Source: Armatimonadota bacterium (lineage in GTDB: Bacteria; Sysuimicrobiota; Sysuimicrobiia; Sysuimicrobiales; Humicultoraceae). Taken from it: 19,159 nt of DNA. Location of the stretch: NCBI GenBank assembly GCA_052386995.1, contig JBQTJP010000012.1:1-19159 (forward strand). The letters are read 5' to 3'. Numbering within the stretch: the first letter of the stretch is position 1; each line of letters starts with the position of its first letter. Under the pieces are notes generated by a model. The model was given only the letters and a program-made list of their open reading frames with translations, ran no database searches and was not told the origin of the DNA. Shown here in pieces: positions 7,987 to 15,836 of this stretch. Both the position numbers and the translations under genes were made by a program.

Positions 7987-8306
7987 ACGGCCGGAGGTTC
8001 TCTGTGTCCCATTCGCGGTGGAATGTGGCGAAGACGGCTGAGAACTCCCCGAACGTGACCCGCTCTTCACGGGGCGTTATCCCACTCTTCTTGTGACAGG
8101 AAATGATCTTGTGAAAGTAGATAGAGAATGACGCTGGCTTGCTCGTACAATTTGGGCATAGACAAACTGTTGGCTCGGCAGCCGGCGTCGGCTCGCGCCG
8201 ATCCCGTTCGGCCTCGAGGAGAAGCTCGACGAGAATGACGGTGAGTACCAATCCGAGGAGCTCGGCGATCAGATTGGAGCGTAGCCCGGAAGGGTCGGCC
8301 AGCTAC

Positions 8307-8460
8307 TGCAATCGAGTCGATGAAGTCCACCTCACGCTCGCCCCTACGTTTGCCACGCCCGATCCACCACCAGCGCAAAGCGCGCCATCGTGTGACGCGC
8401 ACCTACAGTGCGCATCTCGGGATCGCGGACCAACCTGCCGATCAAAATGACGCGGTTCAC
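8307..8460 (-). pseudogene. ssb: Single-stranded DNA-binding protein, frameshifted and truncated
   Basis: SD GGAGGAGG (8468-8475) then (M)NRVILIGRLVRDPEMR...ARFALVVDR. Continues in another frame as GEREVDFID, after which similarity stops. Confidence 0.85.
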
Positions 8461-8614
8461 CACAACGCCTCCTCCCTTCTCTCTACCGCGTACTTTGAGT
8501 CGCGGCACCCGGCCGGCGGGCACGCGTATTGTGTCCGTTTCTCGACAGCACCACACCCGTACGCCGGTTGACCGCGTGCCGGCCACCTCGCGACCGGACA
8601 CACACCACCTGCGC

Positions 8615-8791
8615 TCACACCAACAGGGCGAGTTGGATTAGGGGCGACGTGGCGAGCGCCACACTGACCGCCACTGCGAGCGACCGCGCCGGGACCGGCT
8701 CGTCGAGCGCGGCCAGACGGTGAAACAGCACGACGTTCCACGCGAGAAACGCGTACCACCCGAGCAAGAGAGACTGACCTCGATACACCAT
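8615..8791 (-). CDS. Small hypothetical membrane protein
   Basis: SD GAGGTG followed by ATG 8791. Two hydrophobic stretches (LLLGWYAFLAWNVVLF; LAVAVSVALATSPLIQLALLV). Collinear with the module. Confidence 0.4.
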   Translation of the reverse strand: MVYRGQSLLLGWYAFLAWNVVLFHRLAALDEPVPARSLAVAVSVALATSPLIQLALLV

Positions 8792-8806
8792 CGGCATCAC
8801 CTCGCA

Positions 8807-9119
8807 TCAGGATCTGCCGATCCCCGCCTGCGCGCCGGCCGGACGAGGCAAGGACGTCTGTTCCCCTTGCCGCAGGACGGCCGGCGTGATATGCGCGTCC
8901 TCGAGCTCCTGGGCCAGGCGGCAGCCTCCCGCACCGGCACCCGTTCCACGCGCTGACGAGATCAACCGCGTCGCCCCATTGGAGACAGCCGAAACATAAG
9001 AACCGGCCATCCGGGTAGCACACGAATGAAGGCCTCGCGTCCTCGTGCAGCGGGCAGCGCCCGACGAAGCGTGCCCCGACGCGCCGAAGCTGTATGTAGC
9101 GGCCGGCAATCTCGACTAG
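8807..9119 (-). pseudogene. zf-CHC2 (DnaG-type primase zinc finger) gene fragment
   Basis: LVEIAGRYIQLRRVGARFVGRCPLHEDARPSFVCYPDGRFLCFGCLQWGDAVDLV contains CPLH...CFGC. An in-frame TAA lies just upstream (9120-9122) and frameshifts follow. Confidence 0.85.
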
Positions 9120-9168
9120 TTACGGCCGGAACCGCGCAAGAGACTGCTAGCCGCGGGAGCGGCCGCGA

Positions 9169-9470
9169 CTAGAAGTTGCTTGGGAACGACGCTTCTGCCC
9201 TCAGCGTCTCGACCGTGCCGCGGGAGAGCCGGACGCCGCGGGCCGCGTCGTCGACCACGCAGGAGAAGGCGTGGAGTCGAAGGTCCCATCGCAAAGACGC
9301 CGTGCCGCCATCTCCAGGAGGTCGCACGCCACGCGCAGGTACACGCCATCCAGATAGCGGGCGGGCGGAGCCATCACTCCGAGTGCGCGCACTGGATCGG
9401 ACAGCGCAAGCTCAACGATCTCTCGAAGCATCCACTCTGCTCCTTCACGCTGCAGATGCACTGTCATCAT
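9169..9470 (-). pseudogene. Hypothetical gene fragment, probably frameshifted; possibly the 5' part of the CHC2 gene
   Basis: Protein-like up to DGTFD. A shifted frame then continues HAFSCVVDDAARGVRLSRGTVETLRAEASFPSNF* with GC3-rich codons. Confidence 0.35.
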
Positions 9471-9752
9471 CCCGGAATAGCGCCGCAGCGCAGGGTTTCG
9501 GCCGCTTCACTTACGAACGTCTCGCCTCTCCGCGATGAGACGACACACGCAAACTCGACGGCGCCGGGGTACAGGACCGGCAAGCGTCATAGGCTTGCCG
9601 GAACAAGCCCCGGCGGCATGCACCATGCAGTCCCAGCCCTGCACCGCCGTCCCTCGGGCCCCACACGCGTCACGTTGGCCCACTGCGGCCGCGGTGGTGA
9701 AGCTAGGCCCTGGGCCCAAACGCTCAATGGCGCGCCCCGTCTGGAACAATGG

Positions 9753-9814
9753 CTGGTCCCACCCCTTCGTGTCCCACGCGACGCGGCCCGCACGTGTCCC
9801 GCACTGGTCCCACC
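9753..9814. repeat. Cluster of four GTCCC-core repeats (iteron-like)
   Basis: CTGGTCCCACC at 9753-9763 and 9804-9814; CGTGTCCC at 9768-9775 and 9793-9800 (A-B-B-A order). Confidence 0.5.
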
Positions 9815-9886
9815 TCCCTGGCGCAAGATGACGGGCCACCGCACCTGCCGGAGTGGCGTCTGCCCGACTCCGGCGCTGGATGCAAG

Positions 9887-10099
9887 CTAGGCACTGACGT
9901 GATCCCTGTGACTCCGCCATTGCTGGAACGCCTTATGCTCGGAAACGATGCGGCGGAGCGCCTGCTCAACGATATAGGCGCGATCCGTCGCGCCACCCAG
10001 GAACGCGGCCAATTCCTCCACGTCTTTGAGGAGCGTCTCCTCCAGCGTGATGCTCAGCTTCCGGCGCCGGATTGAAGCCTTCGAGAGAATGGGTTTCAT
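9887..10099 (-). CDS. Ribbon-helix-helix (CopG/MetJ-Arc-like) DNA-binding protein
   Basis: 70 aa with a G-rich SD. Beta strand RKLSITL, helix EETLLKDVEELAAFL, helix DRAYIVEQALRRIV. Confidence 0.7.
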   Translation of the reverse strand: MKPILSKASIRRRKLSITLEETLLKDVEELAAFLGGATDRAYIVEQALRRIVSEHKAFQQWRSHRDHVSA

Positions 10100-10129
10100 G
10101 GTCGCTTCCCCCCGTAGTCGTTTCGATCA

Positions 10130-10490
10130 GAGGCGTTCCTGTTGCCGTCTGCCAGGCCGCCCACGTCAGCGCCAGCCAGCGGCGGCGCTGGCCTCCTACC
10201 CGGAGCCGCAGGGTGAACCGATCCGGGTCATGGCGCAGCCATCCCCGGGTCCGCCACGCGTCCCACAACGGTTTCAGGTCGCCGTCCTGCGTGAACCGCG
10301 CGAGGAGCCGCACAGCGAGTTGAAGCGACACCGCAACCAACTGCTCATGCTGATACACGCCATAGAGCGGCGATGACACCGTTCGTGCGGGTGTCCGTCG
10401 AAGTGCTGGCCGTGCTCCTGGATCCACCAACACGGCGTCTCCAGCGCCAGTCACGGAAGATCCCCAGTGCTTGCTCGGGCGCCGAGCTGG
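10130..10490 (-). pseudogene. Probable C-terminal relic of a DUF927/Cch-like replication helicase (approximate bounds)
   Basis: Two frames give PEQALGIFRDW and WDAWRTRGWLRHDPDRFTLRLRVGGQRRRWLAL, resembling the winged-helix tail of such proteins. No Walker motifs remain. Confidence 0.35.
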
Positions 10491-11268
10491 AATCTTGGGC
10501 GCGCATGCAAGCTCGCCGGGTCGTCACCTGCCGCCTATCCGAACCGGCGTTGCAACCTCGCCTGCACGTCGGGGGCAGGCGACTGCAGACGTGATCGGAC
10601 ACCGCCACCTGCAGGCCGGCCAGCCCCACGATTCCGGCATCCAGGCAGCGCTGCAAGAGCACGGACCCTGCGCGCGCCTGGATCGCTCGCCGGGCGCAAT
10701 CTGGGAATCGGTCAGGCATCCGGAGCAGTACTACCAGCGGTGCCAGTGCGCCGTCACCGACAGAGCGAGCAGCACCCTCGATTACGCGTCGCGCTGGAAT
10801 CTAAAGCCGACGATTCAGGCGCATGGTCGCAGCCACGATTCGTGGCTCTGCGCTGCCTCAACAGAGGCCAGTCAGGGGGACCGCGCCTGCATCACCGGCG
10901 GTGGCCTTGCAGTTCGAAACAGCGGGGCAGTCAGAACCGTGCCGGCCACAGGCCGGTGCGCGCCGCGGTCCAAGACAAGCACCGCGTGCAGGCTCGCGTT
11001 CCAGGTTGAGGAAGAACGGGTTCTCGTGGCGGTGGTCGGTGTGGCCGATCACCAATGCTCACAGTCCGTCGAGTGGGTAACGGTGGGGGATGCCAGCGGA
11101 AGGGCAGGCCTCAGAGGGGTCCTTTGCGTGAAAAGCAGCGATGCTCTTGTCCCATCCGGCTCATTCGGCTGCATTTCCTCATTGAGCCTCGGCTCCTGAA
11201 GACGCCGAGGCGGCCAAATTCCCACAGACACCGACTGCGTGAAGGACTACCGTCCACAGAGAGGAACC

Positions 11269-11298
11269 CCCTCCCCATCCCATTTCTGGAGGGGAGGG
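11269..11298 (+). promoter_or_regulatory. Hairpin sequestering the integrase Shine-Dalgarno sequence
   Basis: CCCTCCCC (11269-11276) is the reverse complement of GGGGAGGG (11291-11298), with an inner TCC/GGA pairing. TTG start is 6 nt downstream. Confidence 0.55.
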
Positions 11299-11304
11299 CT
11301 TGCC

Positions 11305-12543
11305 TTGCGAGGCTCCATCGTGCGCCGTGGCAATTCTGTCTACGTCGTGCTGTACCAAGGATTTGACCCCGAGACAAAACGGCGACGATACAAGTGGGTC
11401 TCGGGCTTCGAGAATCAGAGGCAGGCTCAGGCGTTCCTGGTGACAGTTGCTACGAGCCCAGCTTACGGCTCAGGCGTCGGACCTCGGGGGTCCACTCGCT
11501 TGCGGCTCGGCCACTACCTGGACCAGTGGTTTAATACGGAGGCAAAGCTGAGATGCCGACCTAGGGAACTGCGACGCCGTGAACAGCTCATTCGGCTGCA
11601 CATTAAGCTCAGGCTCGGCCACATTCCGATCGCAAAGCTTGCTCCCGCCACGCTTGAGGACTTCTTTGCTGGACTGAAGACCCGAAGCGCTCACCACATT
11701 TTCAAGGTCTTGCGGGCGGCGCTGAATCATGCCGTGCGCCTGGACCTCATCCTGGCAAACCCGTGCGACCGCGTGACTGCACCGAGGCCCGCGGTGTTTC
11801 GCCCCACGCTGTGGACGGTCGAGGAAACCTTGAGGTTCCTGGAGGAGTGCCACCGGTCTTCACCCAAGAACGTTCCCTTCTTCCTGACGGCGGTTGCCAC
11901 AGGCGCGCGTCTTGGCGAGTTACAGGGCCTCCGATGGCGAGACGTCGATCTGGACGCGGGTGTCATACGGATCACCCAGCAGTTGGAACGGCCGGCAGGC
12001 GGCGGCTTCCGGTTCGCGGATCCGAAATCACCAAGATCCCGTCGGCCTATCCGCCTGCCTCAGGAGATCATGATTGAGCTTCGTACCCTTCGCAGAAGGC
12101 AGATAGAAACGCGGCTGAAGAGTGGACTGTGTCCTCAACCCGTCTGCCTCGCCCAATATTGTCCCTACTGGCACGACTTCGACTTGGTGTTTTGCCAGCC
12201 GAACGGGAAGCCCGGTCATGGGCACAACCTCGCCCAGCGTCTCATGGGACAAATCATGAAGCGGGCTGGCGTGCCCCGCATCAGGTTCCACGACCTGCGT
12301 CACGCGCACGGCACCCTGTTGGCAGCTTCAGGAGTCAACCTGAAGGTCATCACCGAGCGCATGGGCCACAGCACTGAAGCCTTCACACTGACCCGGTACA
12401 TCCACGCCACACCAGACATGCAACAGGAAGCTGCCAGCGCAGTGTCGCGCCGGCTGTTCTCTAATCAATCTCTAATCAATCCGGGGGCTGTAGACGGAGT
12501 TATTCGGTTAGAGCAAAATGGCCAAGAGGCCCGTCCTGTCTGA
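11305..12543 (+). CDS. int: Tyrosine recombinase / site-specific integrase with N-terminal arm-binding domain
   Basis: TTG start reading (M)RGSIVRRGN. Catalytic motifs TGARLGE, PKS, FHDLRH, RMGHS and TRYIH. Ends 8 bp before the tRNA 3' end. Confidence 0.96.
   Translation: MRGSIVRRGNSVYVVLYQGFDPETKRRRYKWVSGFENQRQAQAFLVTVATSPAYGSGVGPRGSTRLRLGHYLDQWFNTEAKLRCRPRELRRREQLIRLHIKLRLGHIPIAKLAPATLEDFFAGLKTRSAHHIFKVLRAALNHAVRLDLILANPCDRVTAPRPAVFRPTLWTVEETLRFLEECHRSSPKNVPFFLTAVATGARLGELQGLRWRDVDLDAGVIRITQQLERPAGGGFRFADPKSPRSRRPIRLPQEIMIELRTLRRRQIETRLKSGLCPQPVCLAQYCPYWHDFDLVFCQPNGKPGHGHNLAQRLMGQIMKRAGVPRIRFHDLRHAHGTLLAASGVNLKVITERMGHSTEAFTLTRYIHATPDMQQEAASAVSRRLFSNQSLINPGAVDGVIRLEQNGQEARPV
12458..12481. 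repeat. Period-11 tandem repeat (TCTAATCAATC x2), candidate arm-type site
   Basis: Exact AT-rich 24-bp period-11 repeat in the 3' end of int, 69 bp from the att core. Confidence 0.7.
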
Positions 12544-12550
12544 AAGATCA

Positions 12551-12607
12551 CTGGCGCGCCCGGAGGGACTTGAACCCCCGACCTACGGCTCCGGAGGCCG
12601 CCGCTCT
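12551..12607 (-). repeat. attL core within the intact tRNA
   Basis: Identical to 2001-2057. Confidence 0.95.
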
Positions 12608-12627
12608 ATCCACTGAGCTACGGGCGC
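12552..12627 (-). tRNA. tRNA-Arg (anticodon CCG)
   Basis: GCGCCCG-TA-GCTC-AGTGGATA-GAGC-G-GCGGC-CT-CCG-GA-GCCGT-AGGTC-GGGGG-TTCAAGT-CCCTC-CGGGCGC-G-CCA: 76-nt cloverleaf with encoded CCA. Confidence 0.98.
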
Positions 12628-12639
12628 GGACCGATGCCC

Positions 12640-12667
12640 ATTATAGCATTGCGGCGGGAAGTCTCTA
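12640..12667 (-). promoter_or_regulatory. Sigma70 promoter of tRNA-Arg
   Basis: Extended -10 TGcTATAAT (12640-12648), 12 nt upstream of the tRNA. Possible -35 TAGAGA at 16-nt spacing. Confidence 0.75.
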
Positions 12668-12689
12668 CGTGAAGCGCGGCGCGTCGGCG

Positions 12690-15600
12690 TTAGCGCTCTT
12701 CGTCCTCACCGTTGCTGGCCCCGCTCACCGGCGCCGTCGCGCCACCGGGTGCGACGACAGGCGCCCGGCGCAACCGGGCGATGATGTCTTCCAGCAGCGT
12801 GTAGACCACCGGGATCACGAGCAGCGTCAGGAACGTCGACGTCATCAGGCCGCCCAGCACCGCCATGCCCAGCGGCCGCCGCCATTCCGCGCCGCTGGAC
12901 CCCAGACCCAGCGCGACCGGGAGGCCGCCCAGGATCGTCACGAGCGAGGTCATGAGAATCGGGCGCAGCCGCGTGGCACCGGCCTCCAGCAGGGCGTCCC
13001 ATCGCGAGCGCCCGCGGTCGCGCAATTGGTTGGTGTAATCCACGAAGATGATCGCGTTGTTCACCACGATGCCGGTCAGCATGATGATGCCGAGCAGCGA
13101 CATGATGCTCACGTTGATGCGCGTGAGCGCCAGCAGCGGGAAGACGCCGACCGCCGCGAGCGGCAGGGTGAACATGATCGTCAACGGGTGCAGGAGCGAC
13201 TCGAACTGCGTGGCCATTACCATGTAGACGAAGAGGACAGCCAGCGCAAGCGAGATGAGCATATCTCGGAACGACTCCTCCTGGAACTGCGCCTCGCCCG
13301 CGAAGAAAATGGAGAAGCCGGGCGGCAGCGCCAGCGCGTTGGTCTGCTTCTGGATGTCGCCGACCACGGCGCCCAGCGGCCGGTCCGTCAGGCTGGCCGA
13401 GATCACCGCGATTCGGACCCGATCCTTCCGATAAATAGAAGCGGGGCCCCTTCGCTCGACAAACGACGCCACATCTCGCAGGCGGATGGCAGTCCCGTCG
13501 GGCGCTGTGCCCACGGCGATCTCTCCGAGGCGGCCGACGGAGCTGCGATCCTCGGGTCGCGATCGAACGGTGATGTCGAACTCGTCGCCGCCCAGGCGAT
13601 AGCGTGTGACCGCAGAGCCTTCAATACTGCTGCGTAGTGCGGCCCCCACGCCCGCCGTGCTCAGCCCGAGACGCGCGGCCCGCTCGCGGTCGAGGATGAC
13701 CTGGATCTCGGACTTCCCCGCCGCCAGCGTGTTGTCCACATTCACGGTCCCCGCCACCTTGCGGACGATCTCCTCGACCTGTGCCGCCAGCGCTTCCAGC
13801 CGACGCTGATCGGCGCCGGAGATTTCCACCTGGATCGGCGACTCGCCGCCCCCAATGCCTGCGACGGCGACCTTCACTTCCGCCGCCGGAATGGCCGCGA
13901 GTCGCCCGCGCAGCTCGCTCATGACCTCTTCGATCCCGCGCCTGCGCTCGCCGCGATCCACCAGGCTCACGGCGATCTCCGCCGTCTGCGCGCCCGGCGT
14001 CGCGAAGCCGAATCCCGCCGTTGTCGATCCGACCCGCGTGAAGAACGTCTTCACTTCGGGCGCCTGCTGTAGGACGGCCTCGGCCTGCCGGGTCGCGCGG
14101 TCCGTCTGGGCCAGCGAACTGCCCTGCGGCATCGTGATGCGCACGCTGAACTCACCCGTGTCAGACGCCGGGAAGAATTCTTTGCCGATCAGGGGTGAGG
14201 CGAGCAGCATGATACTCACGACGAAGGCCAGCGCGGCGGTCCCCAGGGTGAGCCAGTTGTGCCGCAGGCACCAGGCCAGCACTCGCTGATACCGTCGGGC
14301 CAGGCGCTCGAACCCGGCATCCCACCGATCGAAGAACCGCCGCCAGCGGCCGCGCTGCCCTGTATCGCGACGCAGCCACCGGGCGGATAGCATCGGCGTG
14401 AGGGTGAATCCGATGATAATACTGAAGAGGTTTGCGAACACGACGGTGAGACCGAACTGCCGGAAGAACTGGCCCACGATCCCGCTCGTGAACGCAATCG
14501 GCACGAACACGGCCACGTTGGCCATATTGCTCGCAAAGACCGCGAGCTCGATCTCCTGCGCGCCCTTGCGGGCGGCCTCAACCGGGTTGGGCTCAAAAGC
14601 AAGATGCCGGCTGATGTTCTCGTTGACGACGATGGCGTTGTCGACCATCAAGCCGATGGCCACCGCCAGGGCCAGGAGCGACATGATGTTGATCGTGAAG
14701 CCGGCCATGTAGATCGGCAGGTACGTCGCCACGATCGCCACCGGCAGCGAGAGCGCGATGATGATCGTGCTCCGCACGTTGTGCAGGAACAAGAAGACGA
14801 CGATCGTTGCCAGCAGCGATCCGAGGAGGAGGTTCCCCTGAACATCCTCGATCGAGGACCGAATGAACAGCGATTGGTCCTGCGCGATGCCGAAGGTGAT
14901 ATCGGGCGACAGGCTGCGCCGCAGCTCGGCGATCGCTTTTTTCACGCCGTCGGCCACGCTCACGGTGTTGGCGCCGGCCTGCTTCTGCACCGTGACGCCG
15001 ACGCTGTCGCGGCCGTTGAGGCGCGTGTACTCGTCGGGATCCTTCTCGACGTCGCGGACCCTGGCGACTTCTGCGAGACGGATCGTGCTGCCGTCCGGAC
15101 GGCGGATCCGTAGATCCTCGATCTGTTGCAGACTGGAAAACTGGCCCGCAAGGCGGACCAGAAACTCGCGGGGCCCTTCGGTCAAGAGTCCACCGGGGAT
15201 ATTGAGGTTCTCCGCCCGCAGCGTCTCTTCGATCTGGATGAGCGACAGGCCGAACGCCCGCAGACGGTCCTGATCGACTTCGACCCTGATCTCACGTACG
15301 CGTCCGCCGGTCACGTTGACGGCCGCCACGCCGGCGACGCGCTCAAAGCGTGGCTTGATGATGTCGTCCGCCAGGCGGCGCAACTCGCGCGGAGAGCGCG
15401 ATCCACCGACGCCGATGTTCAAGACCGGCTGGGCGGCGAAGTCGAACTTTGCCACGATGGGTTGCTCGACATCGCGCGGGAACCTCGCGCGGGCGATGTC
15501 CACGCGCTGCCGGACGTCCGCGGCCGCGGCGTCGGTGTTGGTGCCGAGCTCGAACTCCACGGCGACGAGCGCAAAGCCTTCGTTCGTCTGGGTGCGCACC

Positions 15601-15836
15601 TGCCTGACCCTGGGCAGGCTGCTGAGCTGCTCCTCGAGCGGCTTGGCGACCAGCAATTCGATCTCTTCCGGGCCCGCGCCCGGATAGGCCACCGTGACCG
15701 ACACGAACGGGAAGTCTATGTTGGGAAACAGTTCGACCGGCAGGCGCGAGTACGACACCAGCCCCAGCACGATCAGCACGCTGATGAGCATGAGGACCAG
15801 GACCGGCCGGCGGATCGACAGCGCAGAGAGCGACAC
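12690..15836 (-). CDS. RND efflux transporter permease (AcrB/AcrD/AcrF family)
   Basis: 1048 aa. Motifs IRRPV, LPVELFP, YPGAGPEEIE, VDNAIVVNEN and RLRPILMT. GTG overlaps the upstream TAG by 1 nt. Confidence 0.96.
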   Translation of the reverse strand: MSLSALSIRRPVLVLMLISVLIVLGLVSYSRLPVELFPNIDFPFVSVTVAYPGAGPEEIELLVAKPLEEQLSSLPRVRQVRTQTNEGFALVAVEFELGTNTDAAAADVRQRVDIARARFPRDVEQPIVAKFDFAAQPVLNIGVGGSRSPRELRRLADDIIKPRFERVAGVAAVNVTGGRVREIRVEVDQDRLRAFGLSLIQIEETLRAENLNIPGGLLTEGPREFLVRLAGQFSSLQQIEDLRIRRPDGSTIRLAEVARVRDVEKDPDEYTRLNGRDSVGVTVQKQAGANTVSVADGVKKAIAELRRSLSPDITFGIAQDQSLFIRSSIEDVQGNLLLGSLLATIVVFLFLHNVRSTIIIALSLPVAIVATYLPIYMAGFTINIMSLLALAVAIGLMVDNAIVVNENISRHLAFEPNPVEAARKGAQEIELAVFASNMANVAVFVPIAFTSGIVGQFFRQFGLTVVFANLFSIIIGFTLTPMLSARWLRRDTGQRGRWRRFFDRWDAGFERLARRYQRVLAWCLRHNWLTLGTAALAFVVSIMLLASPLIGKEFFPASDTGEFSVRITMPQGSSLAQTDRATRQAEAVLQQAPEVKTFFTRVGSTTAGFGFATPGAQTAEIAVSLVDRGERRRGIEEVMSELRGRLAAIPAAEVKVAVAGIGGGESPIQVEISGADQRRLEALAAQVEEIVRKVAGTVNVDNTLAAGKSEIQVILDRERAARLGLSTAGVGAALRSSIEGSAVTRYRLGGDEFDITVRSRPEDRSSVGRLGEIAVGTAPDGTAIRLRDVASFVERRGPASIYRKDRVRIAVISASLTDRPLGAVVGDIQKQTNALALPPGFSIFFAGEAQFQEESFRDMLISLALAVLFVYMVMATQFESLLHPLTIMFTLPLAAVGVFPLLALTRINVSIMSLLGIIMLTGIVVNNAIIFVDYTNQLRDRGRSRWDALLEAGATRLRPILMTSLVTILGGLPVALGLGSSGAEWRRPLGMAVLGGLMTSTFLTLLVIPVVYTLLEDIIARLRRAPVVAPGGATAPVSGASNGEDEER

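Larger units (their letters stand above)
2001..12607. mobile_element. tRNA-Arg(CCG)-targeted integrative element / genomic island (10,550 bp between repeat starts)
   Basis: Exact 57-bp direct repeat of the tRNA 3' portion at both ends, tyrosine integrase next to the intact tRNA, arm-like repeats, replication-gene relics and a TA-like pair. Confidence 0.95.

Noticed and set aside
9728..9737. TGGCGCGCCC matching the att core end
   Set aside because: 10-bp GC-rich match with no arm sites or junction evidence.
10471..11199. 242-aa plus-strand ORF
   Set aside because: No SD or recognisable motif and it overlaps minus-strand relics. A short real fragment near 10590-10760 cannot be excluded.
2001..12607. 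Prophage or ICE
   Set aside because: No structural, packaging, relaxase or conjugation genes are visible.
12570..13637. 355-aa plus-strand ORF and other long antisense ORFs over the backbone genes
   Set aside because: Shadow frames of high-GC genes; this one also runs through the tRNA.
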